Source: an uncultured Candidatus Saccharibacteria bacterium
Lineage (GTDB): Bacteria > Patescibacteriota > Minisyncoccia > UBA6257 > JACOXY01
Reading direction: 5' to 3'
Assembly (NCBI GenBank): GCA_964357615.1
Contig: CAYHMC010000007.1
Span: 4,896 to 68,895, forward strand
Length of the DNA: 64,000 nt
Part shown: positions 29,574 to 39,049 of the stretch, piece by piece
Position numbering within the stretch: the stretch's first letter is position 1
Layout of the letters: each line of letters opens with the position of its first letter
Made by a program: the position numbers and the translations under genes
The notes under the pieces: generated by a model
Database searches by the model: none
The model's input: the letters and a program-made list of their open reading frames with translations, nothing else
What the model was told of the DNA's origin: nothing

Positions 29574-31436
29574 ATGAAAACTCCACTTATTAAAAAGCCC
29601 TCTCTTTTAAAACAAGCTGGAATGGCTTTTGGTATTTTTATAATAACTTTATCAATATTTTCGATGATTATGGAACAAGGAAAAGTTCCAGAAAAAATAT
29701 CTCTTGGTGAGTTAGTGAAAAGAGTTGAACAAGGAAAAATAGTTAAAGTGGCAATTTTAGGAAATGAACTAAATGCATTTATTCCAGAAAACAAAAGCGA
29801 TATTCCAGATGCCACATCTAAAAAAGAGCCTGGGGTAAGCATTACGGAAGTTTTTCAAAATTATGGAGTTGATTTAAAAACAGCAAACATAGAATTAGTA
29901 GTTGAAGACGAATCTCAGCTTTCTTTTTGGATGGGAAACCTTGCGCTTACCATATTACCCTTCCTTCTTATAGCTGGATTTTTTTGGTGGATGACACGAC
30001 AAGCAAGAGGGGGAATTAACCAGGCTTTTACTTTTGGAAAATCCAGCGCAAAACTTTTTGCTTCATTTAAAGATAAAATTACTTTCAAAGATGTTGCTGG
30101 GTTAAAAGAAGCCAAACAAGAGCTTGAAGAAATAATAGATTTTCTTAAAAATCCGAAAAAGTTTTTAGACATTGGCGCAAAAATTCCACGAGGCGTTCTT
30201 CTTATGGGACCACCTGGAACTGGAAAAACTCTAGTAGCAAGGGCCGTTGCTGGCGAAGCTAATGTTCCTTTCTTTTATATGTCAGCTTCAGAGTTTGTAG
30301 AAATGTTTGTTGGAGTGGGCGCATCTCGCGTTAGAGACCTTTTTGATACTGCAAAAAAATCTTCGCCTTCAATTATATTTATAGATGAAATCGATGCCGT
30401 GGGACGAGAAAGAGGGGCGGGACTAGGAGGTGGACACGACGAAAGAGAGCAAACACTAAATCAAATACTCGTTGAAATGGATGGCTTTGAGAGAGATACT
30501 CGCGTAATAGTTATAGCGGCAACAAACAGGCCCGATGTGCTAGACTCTGCGCTTCTTAGACCAGGAAGATTCGACAGGCGAGTAGTATTAGACCTTCCTG
30601 ACATAAATGATAGAGAGGCAATTTTACACATTCATGCAAAAGGAAAAATTTTAGATCAAGATGTTGATTTGCGACGAGTGGCTGTGCGCACTCCTGGTTT
30701 TTCAGGTGCTGACCTTGCAAACCTAATGAATGAAGCGGCAATTTTTACAGCGCGTGAAAATAAAAAAACAATTGCACAAATATATATTTTAGATGCGATT
30801 GAAAAAGTTATTCTTGGACCAGAGAGGAAGGGACGAGCAATACTTCAAAAAGAAAAAGAGATTACTGCCTATCATGAAGCTGGGCATGCATTGGTTGCAG
30901 CCTCTCTAAAAGATGCTGACCCCGTACAAAAAGTTTCAATTATTAGTCGTGGACGAGCGGGTGGCTACACACTAAAACTTCCTCTTGAAGAAAGACGCCT
31001 AAAAACAAAAAATCAATTTATTGCAGATTTATCGGTGGCTCTTGGAGGTTATGTTTCCGAACAATCAACTTTCGGAGATATAACAACTGGTTCTTCAAGT
31101 GATTTGAAAGAGGCATCGGAACTCGCACGATTACTTGTTACTAGGTATGGCATGTCTAATCTTGGCCCGCTTACTTACGGCAAACACCATGAAACAATTT
31201 TTATTGGTCGTGAAATTAATGCAGAAAGAGATTTTTCTGAAAAAACAGCGCAAGATATTGATAGCGAGGTTTCTAACATAATGAAGTCAGCCTACGATTT
31301 AGCAAAAAAAGTAATTACAAAACACAAAACAGCGCTTAAGGCAATTGCGGACACTTTAATTGAACACGAAACTTTAGAGCATGAAGCTTTTTATGCGCTC
31401 CTCAAAAGATTCAACCTAAAACCAATGGCGGTATAA
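29574..31436 (+). CDS. ftsH: ATP-dependent zinc metalloprotease FtsH
   Basis: MKTPLIKK... start with two N-terminal TM segments. Walker [10 protein letters not shown], Walker [11 protein letters not shown], second region of homology, and the HEAGHALVA zinc motif. The track start at 29529 would add an implausible 15-aa extension overlapping the promoter. Confidence 0.95.
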   Translation: MKTPLIKKPSLLKQAGMAFGIFIITLSIFSMIMEQGKVPEKISLGELVKRVEQGKIVKVAILGNELNAFIPENKSDIPDATSKKEPGVSITEVFQNYGVDLKTANIELVVEDESQLSFWMGNLALTILPFLLIAGFFWWMTRQARGGINQAFTFGKSSAKLFASFKDKITFKDVAGLKEAKQELEEIIDFLKNPKKFLDIGAKIPRGVLLMGPPGTGKTLVARAVAGEANVPFFYMSASEFVEMFVGVGASRVRDLFDTAKKSSPSIIFIDEIDAVGRERGAGLGGGHDEREQTLNQILVEMDGFERDTRVIVIAATNRPDVLDSALLRPGRFDRRVVLDLPDINDREAILHIHAKGKILDQDVDLRRVAVRTPGFSGADLANLMNEAAIFTARENKKTIAQIYILDAIEKVILGPERKGRAILQKEKEITAYHEAGHALVAASLKDADPVQKVSIISRGRAGGYTLKLPLEERRLKTKNQFIADLSVALGGYVSEQSTFGDITTGSSSDLKEASELARLLVTRYGMSNLGPLTYGKHHETIFIGREINAERDFSEKTAQDIDSEVSNIMKSAYDLAKKVITKHKTALKAIADTLIEHETLEHEAFYALLKRFNLKPMAV

Positions 31437-31455
31437 TGCGCAAACTTTAGGATTT

Positions 31456-31491
31456 AAAAATCCACCAAATACCTTGGTGGATTTTTATTTT
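31456..31491 (+). terminator. Rho-independent terminator for ftsH
   Basis: AAAAATCCACCAA-atacc-TTGGTGGATTTTT followed by ATTTT. Confidence 0.7.
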
Positions 31492-31580
31492 AATATTTGA
31501 ATATAAAATAGTAGGAGCCTCAATCATTGTTTTGCCTTGGCATTGTTTTTTATTATTTTTTCGGTATAATTTTTGAAAAT

Positions 31581-31653
31581 GCGCCTGTAGCTTAGTGGCT
31601 AAAGCACCGAGCTTATACCTCGGGGATCGATGGTTCGAGTCCATCCAGGCGCA
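31581..31653 (+). tRNA. tRNA-Ile, anticodon TAT (UAU)
   Basis: 73-nt cloverleaf. Acceptor GCGCCTG/CAGGCGC, D-arm GCTT-AGTGGCTA-AAGC, anticodon stem CCGAG/CTCGG with loop CTTATAC, T-arm GATGG-TTCGAGT-CCATC. Discriminator A. A TATAAT box sits 10 nt upstream. Confidence 0.7.
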
Positions 31654-31686
31654 CACTTCGGCAAGCTTAGTGCGAGCCAAAGTTAT

Positions 31687-31762
31687 GCGCGCTTAACTCA
31701 GTGGCCAGAGTGCCTCCTTTACACGGAGGAAGCCGGGGGTTCAAATCCCTCAGCGCGCACCA
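31687..31762 (+). tRNA. tRNA-Val, anticodon TAC, with encoded CCA
   Basis: Acceptor GCGCGCT/AGCGCGC, D-arm ACTC-AGTGGCCA-GAGT, anticodon stem CCTCC/GGAGG with loop TTTACAC, T-arm GGGGG-TTCAAAT-CCCTC. Ends ACCA. Confidence 0.8.
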
Positions 31763-31832
31763 AATAAATCCAAATAAATAAAGATAATTTTTATTAAATT
31801 GACAGCGGGTAAATATATTATATACTAGCTTT

Positions 31833-32102
31833 ATGAACGAAAGTGAATTAAAAAGTGCTTTAACTAAACTTATTTCAGAGTCTTCATTATCTCCAGAGGA
31901 CAAAGATCTTTGGAATAAATCACTAGAAAACTCTCCTTTTGAGATAATGCTTGCTGTTCATTCATTTCTCATTGATTATGGTGGTAAATTACAAGAAGCA
32001 ACCAACTTTTTAAAACGAAAAATTTCTGCAATTAATAGCAAAGACTCATCGGCATGGAACGGCATTCTAAAAGATGAGGATTTATTCTTAAATCAAAATT
32101 AA
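31833..32102 (+). CDS. Hypothetical small protein
   Basis: 89 aa, hydrophilic, no recognised family. Confidence 0.3.
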   Translation: MNESELKSALTKLISESSLSPEDKDLWNKSLENSPFEIMLAVHSFLIDYGGKLQEATNFLKRKISAINSKDSSAWNGILKDEDLFLNQN

Positions 32103-32110
32103 TTTTAATT

Positions 32111-33091
32111 ATGGCAGAACCAAAATTTGAAGGATTAGAACCTGAAACAAACAACGAAGAAACTGTCGAAGGCACAGCTAGTTTAGCTAACCCAGAAAAA
32201 AAAGCTCAGCAATTCACTCTAGAGGGAACAGCTGAAATGAATGCTGACATAGCACCAGAAGCATTCCAAGATGCAGTTGCAGAGTCAGCAGAAATGCAAA
32301 CAGAAAGAGCTTCAAAAGAAGGTGGTAAAAGACGCGTTGGTAGAGTGGCAATGGCCGCGCTTTCACTAATGGCGTTAATGATGATTACGCCAATGGATGT
32401 AGACGCTGGGGGAGGCAAACACAATCGAGAAGGACAACGAACTGAAAATATTAATACTAATAACTACAACTACAAATCTACTACCAGAGTAGAATATGGC
32501 CAGAGAGATTCATGGAAACGAGTGGGAATGGATGCAGCTAGAATGGGCATTGCAAGAGTTATGGGTGGCGGAGGACCAGTAGTATACGGTGGTGGCGGAG
32601 GGGGAAGAATGCTTGCGGGTGGTGTGTGGGTAGACGGACCAACAACTATTTATGAATCGAATATGGAACGCGCAAGAACTGACGCCATGAGAATAGGAGC
32701 TGAAGTTGAAAAAGCTAGAATTGAAGCGCAGGCTGCTATTGAGATAGAAAAAATTCGCGCTGGCAAAGGTTCTCCCCAAGGCGTTGAATTTGTTGAACGC
32801 GGAAATGCCGATGCTCCCAATCAAGATAATAACGCACACGAAGCAGCGCCAGAAAGACAGTCCGACGACGAAAGAGCAGTAGACATGGAACGCACTTATG
32901 ACGCAGGCGTTAAAGATGGTCTACAAGAAATTGCAATGGCGAAAAACTATGGCGGCGAACATCCAGTTATGACAAAAGGAAGATGGGAGCAAATTTTATC
33001 AGCGAATCAAAATAATAGAGATGCTGATAGTTACTATAAGGGATTTTTATATTCTTGGTCTACAGCTGGAGGAATTATTGATATAAAATAA
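32111..33091 (+). CDS. Hypothetical Gly-rich protein
   Basis: 326 aa. An acidic N-terminus is followed by a hydrophobic segment (VAMAALSLMALMMITP), poly-Gly stretches (MGGGGPVVYGGGGGGRMLAGG) and charged repeats. GC is noticeably higher than neighbouring genes. Confidence 0.4.
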   Translation: MAEPKFEGLEPETNNEETVEGTASLANPEKKAQQFTLEGTAEMNADIAPEAFQDAVAESAEMQTERASKEGGKRRVGRVAMAALSLMALMMITPMDVDAGGGKHNREGQRTENINTNNYNYKSTTRVEYGQRDSWKRVGMDAARMGIARVMGGGGPVVYGGGGGGRMLAGGVWVDGPTTIYESNMERARTDAMRIGAEVEKARIEAQAAIEIEKIRAGKGSPQGVEFVERGNADAPNQDNNAHEAAPERQSDDERAVDMERTYDAGVKDGLQEIAMAKNYGGEHPVMTKGRWEQILSANQNNRDADSYYKGFLYSWSTAGGIIDIK

Positions 33092-33130
33092 TATGTAGTA
33101 TGTACCAGATTTGAACCCAGTATATTAAAA

Positions 33131-33439
33131 ATGTCTAAAACACTTTATAAGCTTCTATCAGTATTATCGATCATTCCATTAGTTGGGACATTTCTATACT
33201 GGCAATCACTCGACGGATGGTCTGGATTGGGTGGATTTTTTTTATTTGGGTTTGTAGCACTTTTTTCTGCAATATTATCGGGGGTAATTGGGTTTTTAGG
33301 ATTGCAATTAATAATTAGAACAAAAAAACGCAACGAAAATATTGGTTCGCTATTATTTTATACAGTAATTGCATTTACTCCAGCTATACTAACAATTGTT
33401 TTATCAATCCATACATACTTAGGTAGTATTTTGTATTGA
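33131..33439 (+). CDS. Hypothetical small polytopic membrane protein
   Basis: 102 aa with three predicted TM helices. Confidence 0.4.
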   Translation: MSKTLYKLLSVLSIIPLVGTFLYWQSLDGWSGLGGFFLFGFVALFSAILSGVIGFLGLQLIIRTKKRNENIGSLLFYTVIAFTPAILTIVLSIHTYLGSILY

Positions 33440-33446
33440 TAACACA

Positions 33447-34349
33447 TTACGACCTTCTTCTGCCATGAAAAGTTTTATGAATCTCTTTTAGTTCTTTATT
33501 TGTAACATGAGTATATATTTGCGTTGTAGAAATATTTGCATGACCAAGTAGCGCCTGCACGGAACGAAGGTCGGCCCCATTCATTAATAAATCAGTGGCA
33601 AATGCATGTCGCATCATGTGTGGTGTTACATGGTCTTGTATTCCAGCTTTCCTCGCATAATGGTCTATCATTCTCTGAACAGACCTTGAGGATACCCTGC
33701 CAGTAGAAACTTCCTTCTTTTTTAGCGGATTGCCAGATGCAAAACTAACAAATAGTGCTTCCTCGGCATCAACTCGCTTAGCTAAATAATTTTTTACAGC
33801 AGTCACTGCTCGTGGAGAAAAAAAGACAACACGAATTTTTTCTCCCTTACCCCTGACGCTAATTTCGCCTCTTTCTAAATTTAGATATCTGTTTAGTGCA
33901 CACAATTCAGAAATACGAAGTCCGGTTGAAAAAAAAGTTTCGAGTATTGCTCTATCCCGTAATCCTCGCAATGTTTTGGTGTCAGGCGCATTCATTAATC
34001 TCTCTATATCACTACTTTCTGGAATTTCTATCTGACGCGAAGGAGTTCTGGGAAGCTCTATTTTATCTGGCGATAAAACTTCGAGATCTCTTTTTATTAA
34101 AAACTTCAAATAATTTCTGATTGATATAATATAATAGCTTTGCGTATTTTTCTTAATATTCCTGCGAGCTAAATTTAAACGAAATTCTCGCACAACACTT
34201 TCAGTAATATCACCCACATTTTTAATTTTTTGAACATCAAAAAAAACTTTTAAGTAACGCTCATAATTTTCGCGAGTTTTTATAGAGCGATTTTTTTCTA
34301 TTTCTAAATAATTTAAATACTCAATTAAATATTTTTGTACTTCGGTCAT
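33447..34349 (-). CDS. Site-specific tyrosine recombinase, XerC/XerD/integrase family
   Basis: 300 aa. An N-terminal SAM-like core-binding domain (YLNYLEIEKNRSIKTRENYERYLKVFF) precedes a C-terminal catalytic region: RGKGEKIRVV, HMMRHAFATDLLMNGADLRSVQALLGHANISTTQIYTHV. These supply the R, H-x-x-R and Y residues. Confidence 0.85.
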   Translation of the reverse strand: MTEVQKYLIEYLNYLEIEKNRSIKTRENYERYLKVFFDVQKIKNVGDITESVVREFRLNLARRNIKKNTQSYYIISIRNYLKFLIKRDLEVLSPDKIELPRTPSRQIEIPESSDIERLMNAPDTKTLRGLRDRAILETFFSTGLRISELCALNRYLNLERGEISVRGKGEKIRVVFFSPRAVTAVKNYLAKRVDAEEALFVSFASGNPLKKKEVSTGRVSSRSVQRMIDHYARKAGIQDHVTPHMMRHAFATDLLMNGADLRSVQALLGHANISTTQIYTHVTNKELKEIHKTFHGRRRS

Positions 34350-34359
34350 GCTCTAATGG

Positions 34360-34520
34360 TAACTCAAAAAGCCGTTTTGCGACAATTGAAATTTGTTGTA
34401 AAACGGCTTGAAATTTTGCGACAGTTAAGTAATGTAACTGTTGCAAAATATTTTGACATTTTGCGTCAAGTTTTGTTTTTAGAATTCGATGCAATAATGT
34501 TTGTTTTGCGACAATTGATA
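34360..34520. repeat. Cluster of four direct repeats TTTTGCG(A/T)CA(A/G)(T/G)T. Two are exact 15-mers, TTTTGCGACAATTGA, at about 34376 and 34505. Interleaved GTTG(T/C)AAAA motifs occur in the xer and rpsO divergent intergenic region.
   Basis: Read directly: ttttgcgacaattgaaat, ttttgcgacagttaagt, ttttgcgtcaagttttg, ttttgcgacaattgatat. Confidence 0.6.
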
Positions 34521-34591
34521 TTACAAACATTACAATTGGTTAAAATTGAAACTATTGCAAAAACCAAAATTATGTGCTAATATTCCAACTA

Positions 34592-34858
34592 ATGTTAACC
34601 ACTCGAAAAAAGCTCAATATCATAAAGGAAATTCAAGTTCATGAAACTGACACTGGTTCTGCTCCAGTACAAATTGGCATTTTGTCTCGCCAAATTGACG
34701 AACTTGCTGGGCATCTCAAGAAGCACCCAAAAGATAACCACTCTCGTCGTGGCCTTTTAAAAATGGTTAATAAAAGAAGGAAGCTTTTGTTATATCTTTC
34801 AAAAAACGATGAAAAGTCATACTCTCAAACAATTAAAAAACTTGGGCTAAAGAAATAA
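34592..34858 (+). CDS. rpsO: 30S ribosomal protein S15. An alternative GTG start lies at 34574.
   Basis: ETDTGSAPVQIGILSRQIDELAGHLKKHPKDNHSRRGLLKMVNKRRKLLLYL aligns with the S15 core, ...DTGS.EVQVA.LT.RI..L..H...HKKDHHSRRGLL.MV..RR.LL.YL. Confidence 0.85.
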   Translation: MLTTRKKLNIIKEIQVHETDTGSAPVQIGILSRQIDELAGHLKKHPKDNHSRRGLLKMVNKRRKLLLYLSKNDEKSYSQTIKKLGLKK

Positions 34859-34953
34859 AAACGACACCAATCTACTAATACATACTAATGATACTGACTT
34901 GTTTTTGGTTTCATTAGCATGCGTTTGTACATTGTTTATCGTTTTACAGATTA

Positions 34954-35517
34954 ATGTCAGCATCTCAATACAAAGACCAGCGAGTAGGCATCTTCATAGA
35001 TATTCAAAACCTCTATCACTCTGCGAAGCATCTCTATGGAGGTAGAGTAAATTACAAAGAGCTTATTAAGAATCTTGTTTTTGGAAGACGCCTAATTAGG
35101 TCTATTGCTTATGTAATTAAAAGCGAAGGCATAGAAAATACATCAGCGCCGAACTATGCACCACACGAAGAAGCTGGGGTAATTTCGGGACGCGAAGCAA
35201 CTTTCTTTGAAGCCCTTGAAAATGCTGGGATAGATTTAAGAATCAAAGACATTCAAATATTTCCTGGTGGAACAAAAAAGGCAGACTGGGATGTTGGCAT
35301 GGCAGTGGATGCAATTCGTATAGCGCCAATGCTAGATGTAATAATTTTAGTTACAGGTGACGGTGATTTTGTTCCTCTTGTTGAGTATTTAAAATGGGGA
35401 ATGGGTAAGCAAGTTGAGGTTGCGGCTTTTGGCAAAAGCTCATCGGCAAAATTAAAAGAAGTTGCAGACCAATTTATAACAATAGAAAAAATACCAAAAA
35501 GTATAATTAAAAAATAG
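34954..35517 (+). CDS. NYN/LabA-like (DUF88) PIN-fold domain protein
   Basis: 187 aa. VGIFIDIQNLYHS... and DVIILVTGDGDFVPLVEYLK are characteristic of the NYN domain. Confidence 0.65.
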   Translation: MSASQYKDQRVGIFIDIQNLYHSAKHLYGGRVNYKELIKNLVFGRRLIRSIAYVIKSEGIENTSAPNYAPHEEAGVISGREATFFEALENAGIDLRIKDIQIFPGGTKKADWDVGMAVDAIRIAPMLDVIILVTGDGDFVPLVEYLKWGMGKQVEVAAFGKSSSAKLKEVADQFITIEKIPKSIIKK

Positions 35518-35560
35518 CTGAAAAATATAATTTCATACGAAAATACGAAATAAAAAAATA

Positions 35561-35630
35561 GAAGTTTTGATTTGGAAGTCCAATGGCCGAGTATATACAA
35601 ATTACTTTACTATCGGACTTCCAAAACTTC
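35561..35630 (+). promoter_or_regulatory. Long imperfect stem-loop in the pnp 5' leader (candidate RNase III-type autoregulatory hairpin)
   Basis: GAAGTTTTGATTTGGAAGTCC ... GGACTTCCAAAACTTC inverted repeat, 40 nt upstream of the pnp start. No T-run follows, so it is not an intrinsic terminator. Confidence 0.45.
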
Positions 35631-35672
35631 CCTTCGTAAATCCGCGCGAATAATTACTTTTCAGCAAATAAA

Positions 35673-37787
35673 ATGTCACACAAAAAATACTCGATTGAGG
35701 TGGGTGGTCGTGAGTTAATATTAGATTTTCCAGGGTTTGCAGAGCAAGCAAATGGTTCCGTAATTGGAACATATGGAGAAACTGTTGTTCATGCCGCGGT
35801 TGTTATGTCCAAGCACGACAGAGAAGGTCTTGATTATTTTCCACTTACAATTGATTACGAAGAAAAATTCTACGCTGCTGGAAAAATACTAGGCAGTCGA
35901 TTTGTGCGTCGCGAAGGAAGGCCATCTGATGAAGCTATTCTATCCGCTCGTTTAATTGATCGCTCATTACGCCCATTATTTAATGGAAAAACACGAAGAG
36001 ACATTCAAATTACATTAACCGTTTTAGCATTTGATGAAGAAAACGATCCAGACGCAATCGGACTTATTGTTGCGTCAGCAGCGCTACACGCATCAGATAT
36101 TCCCTTTGCTGGCCCAGCCGCAGGTCTTCGTATTGCTAAAGTAGGAGATGAAATCATTATTAACCCCAAGATGTCTTTGTTAAAGAGTGGCACTCACCCA
36201 ATCGAAGTTTTTGCAGCTGGCACGAATGAACATATAAATATGATTGAAATGGAGGGATTAGATGCCAATGAAGAAGAGCTATTAAATATATTTGAGCTTG
36301 CTCAAAAAGAAATTACTAAAATTACAGAATTTCAGGAAAAAATTCGTACTGAAATTGGAGAAGAAAAAACTAAAGTATTTCTAGCGGAAACAGATGCCAA
36401 ACTTCATGAAGAAGTAAAAAACTTTATCAAAGATAAACTCGAAGGTGCTGTTTATGCAACAGAAAAAATAGAAAGACAAAGCAAAATGAATGTTCTAAAG
36501 CAAGAAATGCGTGAACATCTTAGAAGTAAAGAGTATAACGAAATTGCCGTAGATGCCTCTGAAGAATTATTTGAAGATGAGATTAATGATTTAATGCATG
36601 ACAAAGTATTAAATGAAGGAAAAAGACCAGACGGAAGAAAGCTAGACGAAGTTCGCACACTTTCTTCTGAGGTCGGGCTTTTTGCTCGCACTCATGGTTC
36701 TGCAGTTTTCACACGAGGAAATACTCGCTCGCTTGCAGTTGTAACCCTTGGTCCTCCTGGAGCCTACAAGATTATAGAAACCATGGAATCAACCGAAAAA
36801 AAGCGCTTTATGCTACATTATAATTTTCCTAAATATTCTACAGGAGAAACCGGTATGTCTCGCGGTCCAGGACGAAGAGAAATCGGTCATGGAGCACTAG
36901 CCGAAAAAGCAATTCGAAGACTTCTCCCAAAAGCAGAAAACTTTCCTTATACTATTCGCGTAGTTTCGGAAATTATGTCTTCAAATGGTTCATCTTCTAT
37001 GGCATCAGCTTGTGGAGCAAGCTTAGCTCTTATGGATGCCGGAGTGCCGATTCTAAAACCTGTTGCTGGTATTGCAATGGGACTTATAGTTGACCAAAAC
37101 GGAACAGATGATTGGTCAAAGAGAAAATTCAAAGTTTTAACCGATATACAGGGCCCAGAAGATCATCATGGGGATATGGACTTCAAGGTTGCCGGCACTA
37201 AAGATGGAGTAAATGCAGTTCAGCTGGATGTAAAAATCAAAGGACTTACTATAGAAATGATTGGAGCAACATTAGCTGATGCGAAAAAAGCACGATTACA
37301 TATTTTAGAATCAATGAATCAAACTCTAAGCGCTCCTCGCGCAACCCTTTCTAAATATGCACCGCTTATATTTACGCTTAAAATTAAACCAGAACAAATT
37401 GGCTCTATCATTGGTGCGGGAGGAAAAGTAATAAACAAACTTATAGAAGAAACTGGTGTTATTTCTATTGATATAGAAGAAGATGGGTCAGTGTTCGTAA
37501 CTGCTCCGAACCAAGAAACTGGAGAAAAAGCTCGCAAAGCCATTGAATCAATTCTTCGAGAATTCTTGCCGGGTGACATAGTTGAAGGACCAATCATAAA
37601 AGTGTTAGATTTTGGCGCCATTGTAGATTTGGGCGGCGGCAAAGATGGAATGATACATGTCTCCGAATTGAAAGAAGGTTTTGTTAAAAAAGTAACTGAT
37701 GTAGTGAAATTAGGTGATGTAGTTAAGGCAAAAGTGGTACATGTCGAAAATGGCAAAATAGGCCTTTCGATAAAACAATTAAAATAA
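35673..37787 (+). CDS. pnp: Polyribonucleotide nucleotidyltransferase (PNPase)
   Basis: 704 aa. Two RNase PH-like domains (RPLFNG..., FMLHYNFP...GE, SNGSSSMASACGASLALMDAG), a KH domain (IGSIIGAGGKVINKLIEETG) and an S1 domain (GDIVEGPIIKVLDFGAIVDL). Confidence 0.95.
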   Translation: MSHKKYSIEVGGRELILDFPGFAEQANGSVIGTYGETVVHAAVVMSKHDREGLDYFPLTIDYEEKFYAAGKILGSRFVRREGRPSDEAILSARLIDRSLRPLFNGKTRRDIQITLTVLAFDEENDPDAIGLIVASAALHASDIPFAGPAAGLRIAKVGDEIIINPKMSLLKSGTHPIEVFAAGTNEHINMIEMEGLDANEEELLNIFELAQKEITKITEFQEKIRTEIGEEKTKVFLAETDAKLHEEVKNFIKDKLEGAVYATEKIERQSKMNVLKQEMREHLRSKEYNEIAVDASEELFEDEINDLMHDKVLNEGKRPDGRKLDEVRTLSSEVGLFARTHGSAVFTRGNTRSLAVVTLGPPGAYKIIETMESTEKKRFMLHYNFPKYSTGETGMSRGPGRREIGHGALAEKAIRRLLPKAENFPYTIRVVSEIMSSNGSSSMASACGASLALMDAGVPILKPVAGIAMGLIVDQNGTDDWSKRKFKVLTDIQGPEDHHGDMDFKVAGTKDGVNAVQLDVKIKGLTIEMIGATLADAKKARLHILESMNQTLSAPRATLSKYAPLIFTLKIKPEQIGSIIGAGGKVINKLIEETGVISIDIEEDGSVFVTAPNQETGEKARKAIESILREFLPGDIVEGPIIKVLDFGAIVDLGGGKDGMIHVSELKEGFVKKVTDVVKLGDVVKAKVVHVENGKIGLSIKQLK

Positions 37788-37985
37788 TTTTTGTTTTAAT
37801 ATAAATAAAAAAGCATAGTTACACAACTATTGCTTTTTTATTTATATTTTAATTTTGCACATGTTAAATTATATATATGTTATACTAATATGGTCGTAAT
37901 ATATAATAAAATTACATAAAATAAATCTCTTGAAGATATACTTTGATTTTAATCAAAGTAATCAAAAGATGAGGCTATACAAACA

Positions 37986-39026
37986 ATGATTGTGTATCCC
38001 GATCCAAACGCTTCAAATAAAAGTGGGGGAGTGGGTCCGCCACCACAACCACCGATTACAGTTCGCACCATGGAATCAGACATAAAATCTATGCAGGAAA
38101 GTGGCGGTGGTGCTCCGCAAGAAGAATTATTAAATGCTCCTCGTGCTCCAATTAGACCAGAAACCCAAAACCCTATGGACGATGATATGAAAATTAAAAT
38201 TCCAGGATACGGAGGCCCAGAGAAGGGAGTTTTTTCTTCGGTATCTTTGCCGACCTCTGAAAGAGGAGTTAATTTGCCCAACCCTTCAGCTCCCAACAAT
38301 GCGCCACCGAAAGGTAGTTCGCTTGGGAAAATTATTGCCTTACTTGTAACAATTATCGTTGCCGCACTAATTGGAGTAGGTCTCTATTTTTATGTTTACC
38401 CACTACTTTTAAATCCAACCCCTTCACCAAGCCCAGTAGTCGAGGTATCGCCATCTCCAGAACAAACTGCCTCGTCTCCAACGCCATCAGCATCAACTCA
38501 TACAAGTTTTATAAAAGCTTCTAAAACAGAAGATGCTTCTTCAATTTCTGAAGCAAAAGCAGAAGTGGTCGGAGCCAGCTCAACTTTAATAAAAGAAATA
38601 GTCATAAAAAAAGATGGTAATAATGCTACTCTTTCTAGCTATCTTCCATCAATATTTCCAGAACTATCCGCAGAAGATGTTTCATTAATTTTTAATAACG
38701 ATTTCACAGCCTTTATATATTATGATGAAAATGGGGCTTGGCCAGGATATGTATTTAAGCGCAATAAAGAAATCACTCCATTTGTAGCGCAAAATACTTT
38801 TAGAAAAATTGAAATTTCAAAATCTTTTAGTAATTTATATTTATTTAATGTTGGAGAAAAAAAAGGAGAATTTAAAAGCGGTAACTATAACGGAATCGAC
38901 ACTCATTATCTAGTCTTTGAAACTAAGGGCGCGTCACTTAACTACGCATGGAAAGACGATTTACTAATTCTTACAACCACCTTCCCAGCCCTTAAAGCGC
39001 TAATTGACGGTGGACTTGCGCTTTAA
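37986..39026 (+). CDS. Hypothetical single-pass membrane protein with Pro/Ser-rich linker
   Basis: 346 aa with a TM segment near residues 120-140 (IIALLVTIIVAALIGVGLYFYV). No recognised family. Confidence 0.4.
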   Translation: MIVYPDPNASNKSGGVGPPPQPPITVRTMESDIKSMQESGGGAPQEELLNAPRAPIRPETQNPMDDDMKIKIPGYGGPEKGVFSSVSLPTSERGVNLPNPSAPNNAPPKGSSLGKIIALLVTIIVAALIGVGLYFYVYPLLLNPTPSPSPVVEVSPSPEQTASSPTPSASTHTSFIKASKTEDASSISEAKAEVVGASSTLIKEIVIKKDGNNATLSSYLPSIFPELSAEDVSLIFNNDFTAFIYYDENGAWPGYVFKRNKEITPFVAQNTFRKIEISKSFSNLYLFNVGEKKGEFKSGNYNGIDTHYLVFETKGASLNYAWKDDLLILTTTFPALKALIDGGLAL

Positions 39027-39049
39027 TTTAATAATTTTTTAATTTAATA

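Noticed and set aside
31447-31903. Track ORFs 31447..31680 (-) and 31667..31903 (-)
   Set aside because: They overlap the two well-formed tRNA genes, tRNA-Ile and tRNA-Val, and have no translation signals. Treated as spurious.
34335-34580. Track ORF of 81 aa (TTG start) spanning the direct-repeat cluster between xer and rpsO
   Set aside because: It runs through a repeat-rich regulatory intergenic region. The repetitive peptide (LRQL…) is a by-product of the DNA repeats. It has a TTG start without a Shine-Dalgarno.
31581-34600. Prophage or ICE interpretation of the tRNA-to-xer interval
   Set aside because: No phage structural, replication or conjugation genes occur in the interval. The segment is only about 2.6 kb and no flanking att direct repeat was found, so at most it is a minimal or decayed element. 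It is kept only as a low-confidence finding.
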